A DNA stretch of 64,000 nucleotides from Candidatus Magasanikiibacteriota bacterium (GCA_052034405.1 JBPOIO010000004.1:751-64750); one strand, 5' to 3'. Counted from the stretch's first letter, positions 19,117-27,380 are shown. Program-made: numbers and translations. The notes: generated by a model from the sequence alone, not told the origin.

Positions 19117-20121
19117 CTACGAGAGAAGAGCAAGAACGCCTTCGAGTTCGCTCCGGAGTGCCTTCTTCTCGGCGTCCGACAGCTCCTTGGCGTTGAACTT
19201 GACGGGGCGCAAGCGCACGTCACCGATCTTCAGGTTGGTGCCGTCCGAGCGGAAGATGCTCGGGAGCGACTTCTTCTCCGATGCGCCCCGGAACGCCTCA
19301 TTGACGTGCCGAACGATCTGCGGGATGGAGAGTTCCTCGTTGTTGATGCGCGTGACCCACTCGATGTAGTGGAGCTTCGGGTACCTAGCCTTGAGCTTCT
19401 TCAGGGTCAGGGCATGGGTCGCCTTGAAGGTGGTCCCTTCCTCCCCGATGGCCGTCTGCACCTCAGCCGGCAGGTCGAGGAGCGCCAAGAGGTTGTTCTT
19501 CTGGCGCTTGGTGAGGTTCATGAGCTCAGCGACCTCGAAGCTCTTGTACCCCGAGTCCTGGTACCGCTTGATCACGTAGGCCCGGTCGATGTCCGAGTAG
19601 GTCTTGCGGGCCATGTTCTCGAGGACCGAGGCCCGGAACGCCTCCTGGTCGTCCACCAGGTCCCGGCGAACGTAGGCGGAGATGAAATCCGCCTTCAGCT
19701 CAGTGAGTGCCGTAGCCCGACGGAAGCCCGAGACGAGCTGCCACTTGAACCCGTCCTCGGGGCGCGGGTGAGGACGAACGACGGCCGGGATCTGCTGACC
19801 ACTCTCGCGGATGCTCTTGACGAGGTCGGCCACCCGCACGACCGCTCGGAAGCGGTACGTCACGTCGCCGAGGTCGATTTCGCTGAGCGGGACCTGACGA
19901 ACCACCAAGTCGTTGTCGAGGACCGTGGGGACGTCCACTGGGACCCGGCTCGCACCAGGCGGACGACCGCGGCGCTTCGCCGCAGATGGAGCGGCCTCGG
20001 TTGTGGGAGCGGGGGGCGTCGGCTCGGGTGTGGAGGTTTCCATGACCCTACTAGACGGAGCCTTCGCGGCGACTTTGCGATCTTTTTTCAACTGGCTCGG
20101 TTTTGGTGCGGGTCGGGGCAT
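19117..20121 (-). CDS. ParB/RepB/Spo0J-family protein
   Basis: DLVKSIRESGQQIPAVVR, LVSGFRRATAL arginine patch, ENMARK, HTH-like SFEVAELMNLTKRQ. Confidence 0.9.
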   Translation of the reverse strand: MPRPAPKPSQLKKDRKVAAKAPSSRVMETSTPEPTPPAPTTEAAPSAAKRRGRPPGASRVPVDVPTVLDNDLVVRQVPLSEIDLGDVTYRFRAVVRVADLVKSIRESGQQIPAVVRPHPRPEDGFKWQLVSGFRRATALTELKADFISAYVRRDLVDDQEAFRASVLENMARKTYSDIDRAYVIKRYQDSGYKSFEVAELMNLTKRQKNNLLALLDLPAEVQTAIGEEGTTFKATHALTLKKLKARYPKLHYIEWVTRINNEELSIPQIVRHVNEAFRGASEKKSLPSIFRSDGTNLKIGDVRLRPVKFNAKELSDAEKKALRSELEGVLALLS

Positions 20122-20182
20122 GATTATCTCCGCAGGTGATTGTGGAGAAGGTCATACGCCGACGAACAAGTGGCCGCAAGGT

Positions 20183-20198
20183 GGGAAATCGATTTCCC
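20183..20198. repeat. perfect 16-bp palindrome GGGAAATCGATTTCCC (parS-like or operator)
   Basis: Lies between the divergent parB gene and the cargo operon; near copies at 14006 and 25387. Confidence 0.7.
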
Positions 20199-20297
20199 GG
20201 GGCTTACCGGTTCCGCGACGCTTGACGGTTGGTCATCAGGCTGCTAACCATCCCGACAAGCTATGAAATCCAGCACAATAACTTGTAACAACACGGT

Positions 20298-20999
20298 GTG
20301 GAGCGCCTGTTGAGTGATCGTGAGTACGACTCGACAACGGAGGTCACAAGCGAGATCATTCAGCTAGCTGAAGCCGAATCGTTGGAAGAAGCCGTCGCAA
20401 AGTTGAACATGCTTCCGCTTACCGGCACCTCGAAAATTGCACTCAAGATGCTGTCCCCGTGGACCCGCGGCGGTGCCGAGACGTACGTGACAACATTTGA
20501 TATCACGGCGGGGGCGGAGTGTGCTCCTTGCATTCTAAAGGCCTGTGTGGCGTTCGCCATCACGCCTGGCGGAGTAGAAGCAATTCTGGAGTCGTGGATC
20601 GCCCGTAGACGGTTACTTGCGGCCCATGGAGCAGCGGTCCCGCGGCTCTATGCATACGGCCGCGGGGTCGTTCTCGAGGAACGACTTCCTTACAGAGCGC
20701 AGGACTTGATCGCTGCCAAATCTGCGACACGCCCCGCTGTATTAGCAAGCCTTTTCAAGTTGACCCGCGCCTTGGAGCAGGTACGATTCCAGCCCGTATC
20801 AATACTCCCTGATGTCATGTCGGACGGAGAACGGGCCGTTCTGGTGGATTTCGGCCAGGATCTTGGAGACCCGATGCCTGCCGAAACCGACGTAGACACC
20901 TACGCCCGCACGGTCGCCTCGCTCACACAACTCGGAATAAATCTCAGCCCCGAAGAGCAGGAACTTACACTTGCCGTGCATAACGGCCACGTACACTAG
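20298..20999 (+). CDS. protein-kinase-like fold enzyme (APH/RIO-like phosphotransferase)
   Basis: GGAETY loop, ILK, AAVPRLY, VLEERL, AVLVDFG motifs; catalytic loop divergent (SILPDV). Confidence 0.6.
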   Translation: MERLLSDREYDSTTEVTSEIIQLAEAESLEEAVAKLNMLPLTGTSKIALKMLSPWTRGGAETYVTTFDITAGAECAPCILKACVAFAITPGGVEAILESWIARRRLLAAHGAAVPRLYAYGRGVVLEERLPYRAQDLIAAKSATRPAVLASLFKLTRALEQVRFQPVSILPDVMSDGERAVLVDFGQDLGDPMPAETDVDTYARTVASLTQLGINLSPEEQELTLAVHNGHVH

Positions 21000-21006
21000 G
21001 ACCAGA

Positions 21007-22005
21007 ATGAAAATTCGTGACGCAGTCGAAGCAGCGCATTCCGTGAACGACGGGGCAACCGTAGTTGCCCCCCTAGATCTCGGCGGGAACGAGCAGAACC
21101 AGCTTCTGATGTTCCTGAAACCGGAGACCTTCCTGAGCAACGATAGGGAAACGCCAGCAACGGTGGCCGATCTTGCTGACCGCCTCATCAACTCGTTCCG
21201 ACTGCGGATGTCTGGGATCATCGGAGTGTCCGGGCCGACGCTCGGGTCACTCCGTGCAATGGACAAGCACTACGGCTTCATCAACAAGATGTCACGGGCT
21301 GCATCCGTCTCGCTGGATGCCAAAACGCTTGAAGGTCTTCGGTCCCGGTATGCCACTGGACCGGATGGCGCGGTTCTGGGTGGCCACGAGTTCCTTGAGC
21401 GTCATCAGGACTGGGATGCCCAGAAGCTGGACACGCTGTGGGCGACGAAGAAGAGCGACCGAATTCGAAGTGGCCTGTATGCTCAGCTCTACGACATTCC
21501 CGGCACTGGACCGACCATCCTGCTCAACGGCTTTCATCCTGCACAACTTGAACACTTCACTGCGCCAGGTCGAAAGGTCATCCTGATCGTGCTGAACAGC
21601 GACCTGCCCTGGTCTGTTCTGCGACGACGGATGCTCGGTGACACCTTCCCGGAGAAGGCGGTTGCGGGCTCGTTCAGGCGCGCACTCTACGACACCCGAG
21701 AGAAGTTGGGCTTGCCGGACGTCTCAATCGCCAACAATTTCGCGCATCTCTCGGCTGGACCATTCGAAGCTGCGTTTGAACTGAACAACTTCCTCGGATC
21801 TGTCTGCCCAGACCAGTTCACAATTGCGAACAGCCGATTGTGGAAGCACGGCCTGCGAATCGGGTTGACCAACGACCAGTTGGCTGGGTCACTCAACAAT
21901 CCGCCCGTGGAGGTCGCTGGAACGCGGCTTCCGCTCTTCGACGCTACCGAAGATTGTGACTCGCTGACCTCTCTTCAGCTGCTGGCATCGCACGGCGCGG
22001 GCTGA
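21007..22005 (+). CDS. nucleoside-diphosphate kinase-like protein with insertion
   Basis: FLKPE, KHYG, LRRRMLGDTFPEKAVAGSFR, NNFAHLSA (phospho-His motif N..H.S), EAAFEL. Confidence 0.82.
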   Translation: MKIRDAVEAAHSVNDGATVVAPLDLGGNEQNQLLMFLKPETFLSNDRETPATVADLADRLINSFRLRMSGIIGVSGPTLGSLRAMDKHYGFINKMSRAASVSLDAKTLEGLRSRYATGPDGAVLGGHEFLERHQDWDAQKLDTLWATKKSDRIRSGLYAQLYDIPGTGPTILLNGFHPAQLEHFTAPGRKVILIVLNSDLPWSVLRRRMLGDTFPEKAVAGSFRRALYDTREKLGLPDVSIANNFAHLSAGPFEAAFELNNFLGSVCPDQFTIANSRLWKHGLRIGLTNDQLAGSLNNPPVEVAGTRLPLFDATEDCDSLTSLQLLASHGAG

Positions 22006-22018
22006 ATCGAGGCGACCT

Positions 22019-22873
22019 ATGGCGTCAAGTGCACCACGCGGCTGGCTCGGAAAAACGGCTGGCGTATTTAGCCTACACGAGTCTGACCGTACGTGCGGAT
22101 CGTATATTTCTATCCGAGACGCTGCCACGATTCTAAAGGTCGACCCTGCCGAACTCGACCACTACCGGCTCGCACAGCACGGCGAGCAAGATTTCACGAC
22201 AGACAAGACGCTTGGTCGCGCATGGGCTTCTGGCCAGATCACGAGTCCTCGCACATCCATGCGGCGCGGAAATTCCATGGTAAGTTTCGACGAACTCATC
22301 GTGCTCACTCTCATTGAGTTGACCTTGCCTGGTGCAGCCGTTCATCCGCAAAAAGAGGTTGATAGGTTCCTGATAGACTTTCTCGTGGAACACAATGGCG
22401 TAACAATTGCGCTTGAGTTTTGCGGACCGCACCACTTCATTCGACGACACCCAGGAGAGCGCACGCCCCTGGACCCGCGTGTTCGCGCTGAGCGCATTTC
22501 GCGGCTGCTGAACGTCGAGTGCGTTATCTGGCCGTATTGGGTCCAACGATGTGAGTCAAACGTCCGAGCCCTTTTTGATTCCTCAGTGCGCGGAATCGCC
22601 AGCGTTTGGTCAACAAGCGCCCAGTTCGGCAACTTTTCATTTCCTGACTCTCACAAAGTGATTCAGGACATCAACGCGCGCTTTCGAGTGGAACGGGAAA
22701 CTGGCATCGGGTACATGTACACTGACGAAATCGTGAGCAAGCCAGTGCACCCCGTGGTCTCCCAGATTAGACGGGGACGGGAGTCCGTTTCAAAACTCGT
22801 CCCGCCCGGTTCCACATCGTCGAAGCGATACTGGGTTCCACGGGTGCTTTGGTCCGTAATCGACGGTGGCTAG
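22019..22873 (+). CDS. PD-(D/E)XK / Vsr-DUF559-like endonuclease domain protein
   Basis: HPQKEVDRFLIDFLV...IALEFCGPHHF...IWPYW pattern. Confidence 0.65.
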   Translation: MASSAPRGWLGKTAGVFSLHESDRTCGSYISIRDAATILKVDPAELDHYRLAQHGEQDFTTDKTLGRAWASGQITSPRTSMRRGNSMVSFDELIVLTLIELTLPGAAVHPQKEVDRFLIDFLVEHNGVTIALEFCGPHHFIRRHPGERTPLDPRVRAERISRLLNVECVIWPYWVQRCESNVRALFDSSVRGIASVWSTSAQFGNFSFPDSHKVIQDINARFRVERETGIGYMYTDEIVSKPVHPVVSQIRRGRESVSKLVPPGSTSSKRYWVPRVLWSVIDGG

Positions 22874-24641
22874 CATGACTGACGACTTTCACGTCGACGC
22901 CGGCCTAATTCAAGCAGCGCAGGCGCTGGCGCGCATCATGCGAGAGCAGGAGTTCTGCCTCTACCTAACCGGGCTCGCCGCGTCAGGGAAGACCGCCGCA
23001 GCAGAAATCATTTCGCGGATGACGGGTGTGCCCGTTGTTGACTCCGGCCTGGTATTCCGACTCGCTGCCTATCTTTGCGTACATGTTCCTGTCGCAGCAG
23101 AGAATCCGGGCGTGCTCGCCCGCCTCTTGGGTGAGCACACAATCAAGGTCGTGAACGGGCAATATCGAATTCTGTCTGGTGACTCGGACATTACGGAGAG
23201 ACTTCAGGCGCCAGATGTCGGCTCTCAGGCGACTGCAACGGCCGCGGAACCTAGACTTCGAGAAGTGATTCTTACCTTTCTAAGATCTAGGACGAAGGCG
23301 CCAGCCATCGTGGCTGCACGCGGCGTTACTGAACCACTCACAACAGGAAACTTCGTTCAGATAGAATTGCGAGCAGACCTAGAGGTTCGCGCGGCTCGGC
23401 GCGCTAAGCAAAGTGGTTCGCCAGTTGCTACGATTCGAAAGAGCATACGAGCTCGAGACGACCGCGACCAACGCGGCCCGTCACGGTATCCAAGCGCTGA
23501 CTTTGTTGACAGTTCGAAACTGACCCTTCATGAGACCGTAGCCCGAGTTGTTGAAAGAACGACCGCGCGGATTTCTCGCCTTCTGAGCATCTCTGAATTT
23601 AGGAAAGTTGAGTTCAACAACGCTGAACAGCTGAGCAACCCCTTGCTTGTACGTCTCTGGGCCGAAGCACAGGCAGGACTTGAGGAGGAAGAAAGCACAC
23701 AGGGCATCCCGAAGGGGCACGCGAAAGCACGTTTTCTCCTCAATCTCTCGCGTTACTCGTCGCTGGATCTACTGGGACTGTCGCATTCATGGATGCCTGG
23801 GGCTCTGCCGGGACTTGTGGACACAGCCGCTGCTGTCCCCGCAAACGACTTGCTGATGCGCGAGTGTGCTAGAACGGTGGAAGAGCGGGCCAAGTCGATT
23901 CGGCGATTCATGGAAGCGACACGCTTTCCGAGTGCTATTTTTGATGAAAGATCCCTTCGGCTTGAGCTTGTTCGAGGGCGACCAGTGGGGACCTCGGAAG
24001 GTGGAGAGGTGGTAGAACACTATCACCTCCGTGACACGTCCCCAGAAGTCGGCATGTGGCTCGAAAACAATCTTCACTACTTAGGTGCAGCACGCCTCGA
24101 CACCACTCATAGAGTCGCGCTTGTAGAAGCGTCGAGTGAATTTCCTGTCCTGTACTTGTCATTCGCTCCAAACACTCGCAAGTACATGGAGCCGCTCCTG
24201 TGGCGAGTCGGACTCAGGTTAGAGGAGGTTGCTGTCGCAGTACGTGGCTACGGAACGCCCCGTTGTCCTCGGAATGCGATGGCATGGTTCCTTCGTGAGG
24301 CATGTGCTCGGGTCAAGCAAGACTTTCCACATCTCCGTGCCGTTGTCACAGACATCAACCCCAACTGGGGCTTCAGCGGATCGTCCTTTCAGGAGGCCGG
24401 ATTTGTCACGTTGGGAATGAAGTACGCTCCCACAAGCTTTGTCGCGGGCGATTATTCCCCGCGACGGAGCCTCGAGCGCCAACCCGGAAGCCGCGCGGCA
24501 GTTGGGAACAGACTGCCGCTGGTTCCAACGTTGGTCATGATTAGGCCATTTCCCAAGGAATCCATTCTTCGAACACGTATTGCAGAGTCGGTGGTTGATG
24601 GTGTATACTTGATACCTCGGGACTTGTATGAAGAAAAATAG
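22866..24641 (+). CDS. cytidylate-kinase-like NMP kinase fused to a Mom-like GNAT domain
   Basis: N-term: TGLAASGKT, VDSGLVFR, RADLEVRAARR, IRARDDRD. C-term: LHYLG, R...PRCPRNAMAWFL, AVVTDINPNWGFSGSSFQEAGF..LG, matching the Mom-family pattern HY...PRN..S....VVS..DP..G..G..Y.A.N...G. Confidence 0.75.
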   Translation: MASMTDDFHVDAGLIQAAQALARIMREQEFCLYLTGLAASGKTAAAEIISRMTGVPVVDSGLVFRLAAYLCVHVPVAAENPGVLARLLGEHTIKVVNGQYRILSGDSDITERLQAPDVGSQATATAAEPRLREVILTFLRSRTKAPAIVAARGVTEPLTTGNFVQIELRADLEVRAARRAKQSGSPVATIRKSIRARDDRDQRGPSRYPSADFVDSSKLTLHETVARVVERTTARISRLLSISEFRKVEFNNAEQLSNPLLVRLWAEAQAGLEEEESTQGIPKGHAKARFLLNLSRYSSLDLLGLSHSWMPGALPGLVDTAAAVPANDLLMRECARTVEERAKSIRRFMEATRFPSAIFDERSLRLELVRGRPVGTSEGGEVVEHYHLRDTSPEVGMWLENNLHYLGAARLDTTHRVALVEASSEFPVLYLSFAPNTRKYMEPLLWRVGLRLEEVAVAVRGYGTPRCPRNAMAWFLREACARVKQDFPHLRAVVTDINPNWGFSGSSFQEAGFVTLGMKYAPTSFVAGDYSPRRSLERQPGSRAAVGNRLPLVPTLVMIRPFPKESILRTRIAESVVDGVYLIPRDLYEEK

Positions 24642-24644
24642 CCT

Positions 24645-25217
24645 ATGAGAATCCTTGTAGCCACCCGCAACAGGGACAAATTCAATATCGTCAAGCGCCT
24701 GGTAGAAGCAACTGTGCCGGACGCACATCTTGTTTTTCTCGGCGACACTCCGATCAGCGGAGACGTTGTTGAAGCAGGGTCAATCCACGAACGCGCCCGG
24801 CAAAAGGCAGTGTACTTTTGGGGGCGCTTGGAGTGGTCTACAATAGCCGACGACTTCGATTCAGTGCTGGCGGTGGACGACGGGCTGAGCGTCGGCGGCG
24901 CGGAAGCCACGCCTCACTCCAAAGAGATGACAGAACGAATACTCAGTGAGGCGTGGCCAACGGGAACTAAGGTGGATGTCGTTCGCGCGTTTTGCCTGAT
25001 AAGGCGTGGGGAAGTGCCGCGTGTGGAACTCACGGCGATCCCGTTTGTATTTGTAGGCAATCCACATGGCGTCCAACGTGAAGACGGTACGTATCCGTTG
25101 AGCCAGGTCCTTAGCCCCGAGGGAATGGCTCAACCAGTGTCTCAACTCACAAACGATGAAGAAGATGCATTCTACCTTCGCCACTCTCGGGAGCCGCTCG
25201 TTGCGCTGTTCTCATAG
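24645..25217 (+). CDS. HAM1/ITPase-like non-canonical NTP pyrophosphatase fold protein
   Basis: ILVATRNRDK, VEAGSIHERARQKA, VLAVDDGL; canonical FG.DP and SHR motifs altered. Confidence 0.82.
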   Translation: MRILVATRNRDKFNIVKRLVEATVPDAHLVFLGDTPISGDVVEAGSIHERARQKAVYFWGRLEWSTIADDFDSVLAVDDGLSVGGAEATPHSKEMTERILSEAWPTGTKVDVVRAFCLIRRGEVPRVELTAIPFVFVGNPHGVQREDGTYPLSQVLSPEGMAQPVSQLTNDEEDAFYLRHSREPLVALFS

Positions 25218-25260
25218 TGATCGGCACCCCAAATCATGGACATTGGCAATCAAGTAATTG

Positions 25261-25297
25261 CTCGACCAGGGTCCTGACTTCTATCCTCGCTGTGCAC
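25261..25297 (+). repeat. internal att-like repeat
   Basis: CTCGACCAGGGTCCTGACTTCTATCCTCGCTGTGCAC versus CTCGACCAGGGTTCTGACTTCTCTTCTCGCGGTGCAC at 27494-27530 (33/37). Confidence 0.85.
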
Positions 25298-25333
25298 TAA
25301 CCGTGAGCATGTCGAACTGAGCATGCTCTAACG

Positions 25334-25364
25334 AAACATCGCGTAATTGCGATGTTTTCATTTT
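25334..25364 (+). terminator. intrinsic terminator-like hairpin
   Basis: AAACATCGC-GTAATT-GCGATGTTT followed by TCATTTT. Confidence 0.6.
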
Positions 25365-25386
25365 CTAAGCAGTCGTTCGAGCACGC

Positions 25387-25402
25387 GGGAAATCGACTTC
25401 CC
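25387..25402. repeat. 16-bp palindrome copy (GGGAAATCGACTTCCC)
   Basis: 15/16 match to 20183-20198. Confidence 0.68.
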
Positions 25403-25457
25403 AGCAATTCGAACAGGGCTTGTTGGCCTTTCTCTGATATGGTAACATTTAACTAAT

Positions 25458-26291
25458 ATGTTGAAATCACACATGGCTGCCCGCGAGGGCGTACTGCTTG
25501 CCAGCAGTAAGGTCGCAGCAAATACAGGGCATTCGCTTCATAAGGGAACGCCTCGCGAGATCTTTATCCGCGAGTTCCTGGAAAGCCATCTCGCCGAGAC
25601 CGTCGCGATCGGCACTGGCGAAGTGATCGACTCAGAATCGATGCCGAATCCGCCACCGACAAGACAGCGCAATCAGTACGACATCATCATTTACAAGAAG
25701 AATTATCCAAAACTCGCCATCGGCGGTGGGATCTCGGCGTTTCTTTGCGAGTCGGTTGTAGCGACAATCGAAGTGAAATCCACTCTCACTAAGGATGAGC
25801 TACAATCGAGTGCAAGAGCCGCGCGAGCTGCGAAGCTACTCAAACCCAGTAGAGTCGAGGCTTTCAGGACAGGCTACCACCCGCCGTCGATCTTGAACTA
25901 CGTCGTGGCATATGACGGACCTGCATCAATGAAGACTGTGGCCGGTTGGCTACAGGATGCTGACGCGTACGCTGGAGTGCCAGGGCATCCGGATCTAAGT
26001 GGTGCCGACAGAACTCAGAAGGCGAGCCCGAGCCTCGATGGCGTGTTCGTGATGGGCAAAGGGTTCATGTTGTACGGCAATTCACCACTTTCTATTCTTT
26101 CGGTGGACGACCGCAAACGTGCGTCGAACCTCAAATGGGAATTCGCTGACTGCGAAGTTGGAAGTCTGTTCTTGCTATTCGTAACGTTGAGCCAAGTCGT
26201 GAGTGGGCACTCTGCGACCTGGCTCGACGCTGGGCCATACCTCAGCGGATTCTCTGTCCAAAATGATTCAATTGGCATGGTCGGCTGGTAG
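25458..26291 (+). CDS. DUF6602-like predicted PD-(D/E)XK nuclease
   Basis: H...KG..RE.FIREFL, GTGEVIDS, QYDIIIY, CESVVATIEVKSTLTKDEL. Confidence 0.75.
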   Translation: MLKSHMAAREGVLLASSKVAANTGHSLHKGTPREIFIREFLESHLAETVAIGTGEVIDSESMPNPPPTRQRNQYDIIIYKKNYPKLAIGGGISAFLCESVVATIEVKSTLTKDELQSSARAARAAKLLKPSRVEAFRTGYHPPSILNYVVAYDGPASMKTVAGWLQDADAYAGVPGHPDLSGADRTQKASPSLDGVFVMGKGFMLYGNSPLSILSVDDRKRASNLKWEFADCEVGSLFLLFVTLSQVVSGHSATWLDAGPYLSGFSVQNDSIGMVGW

Positions 26292-27380
26292 TACCAAGCT
26301 CGGTTGCAGGTTATTACTGAGCTGTATGCGGAGCACTAGTTCGTCAAGTCGCATCTTCTCTTCAAGCGCGTCCATCTGTTCTGATGGCACCCCAGTTGCG
26401 CTTCTAAGCTGTGATCGAACCATCGTCTCTAGTTTCTCCGCGTCAGTGCTGAATCGACAGCCCGTTCGATGGCACCGATAATAGCGATAGACTCGTCCAT
26501 TTCTCTTCATGTGTTGTTCGCCGACAAGGAATCCCAAACAATTTGGACAAGTGACCTTTCGAGCGAGTAGGAAGTGCAAGTGCTTCCGAGGCTGCCCGCC
26601 GCTGTGCTTCTGCCGAAAGACTTCCTGGCTTCGGTCGAATATCTCCTTGGTGATCAATGATGGATGAGTACCGGTGTACTCAACACCCACGACGACCATC
26701 TTCCCCATGTAGAATGAGTTGTGGAGGATCGCACAGACCTTTGCTGCACTGACTTTCTTGCCGTGCCGGCTGACGAGGCCAGCACGGTGCAGTTCGTCAG
26801 CAAGCTGAGCGCTTCCGACTTGACCAGTGGCCCAGCGCTCGAAAGCCATCTTTATGAATCTTGCTCGGGCAGGGTCAACGACGACTTTGCCGTGCTCCTT
26901 GAGATACCCAAGAGGAGGAAGTCCACACCATCCTCCACGAAGGAGCTTCTCTTCGATCCCCCTCTTGACTTGTTGCGCCAGGTTGGCGCTGTAGAATTCT
27001 GCTTGTGCTGACATAATACGTTCAATGAATTGACCAACTGGAGTTTCTTCGCAGTTCTCCACGGCCGAAACGATTCGAACACCGTGGCGACGGAGCCGCT
27101 CCTTGATGGTCAGATAAGTAAACATGTCGCGTGCCAGTCGGTCGAGACGGTGAACGAAGAAGATGTTCACGTCGCGACTGCGACACGCAACGTCGAGTCC
27201 AGAGAGAAGGCCTGTTCGTCCACGGAATGATGTGCCACTCGCCACGTCCGTGAACGTCCCCGCAGCAACCCAACCTCGCTCAGAACAAAGTCGTCGAAGC
27301 GTGCGCAGTTGTGCTGGAATTGAAAGATCCTTCTCCCCTTGCTTGCTCGTTGAAACGCGAGCGTAGAGTATGACTGACAT
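26268..27380 (-). CDS. large serine recombinase 2 (short C-terminus)
   Basis: YARVST, SIPAQ, DVASG, LDRLARD, PPLGY, CPNC...YYRC...C Zn ribbon; 370 aa. Confidence 0.92.
   Translation of the reverse strand: MSVILYARVSTSKQGEKDLSIPAQLRTLRRLCSERGWVAAGTFTDVASGTSFRGRTGLLSGLDVACRSRDVNIFFVHRLDRLARDMFTYLTIKERLRRHGVRIVSAVENCEETPVGQFIERIMSAQAEFYSANLAQQVKRGIEEKLLRGGWCGLPPLGYLKEHGKVVVDPARARFIKMAFERWATGQVGSAQLADELHRAGLVSRHGKKVSAAKVCAILHNSFYMGKMVVVGVEYTGTHPSLITKEIFDRSQEVFRQKHSGGQPRKHLHFLLARKVTCPNCLGFLVGEQHMKRNGRVYRYYRCHRTGCRFSTDAEKLETMVRSQLRSATGVPSEQMDALEEKMRLDELVLRIQLSNNLQPSLVLPADHAN

Noticed and set aside
20298-25217. Calling the operon Kongming
   Set aside because: It shares only the HAM1 fold; no adenosine deaminase or Sir2 effector is visible, so it is at most analogous
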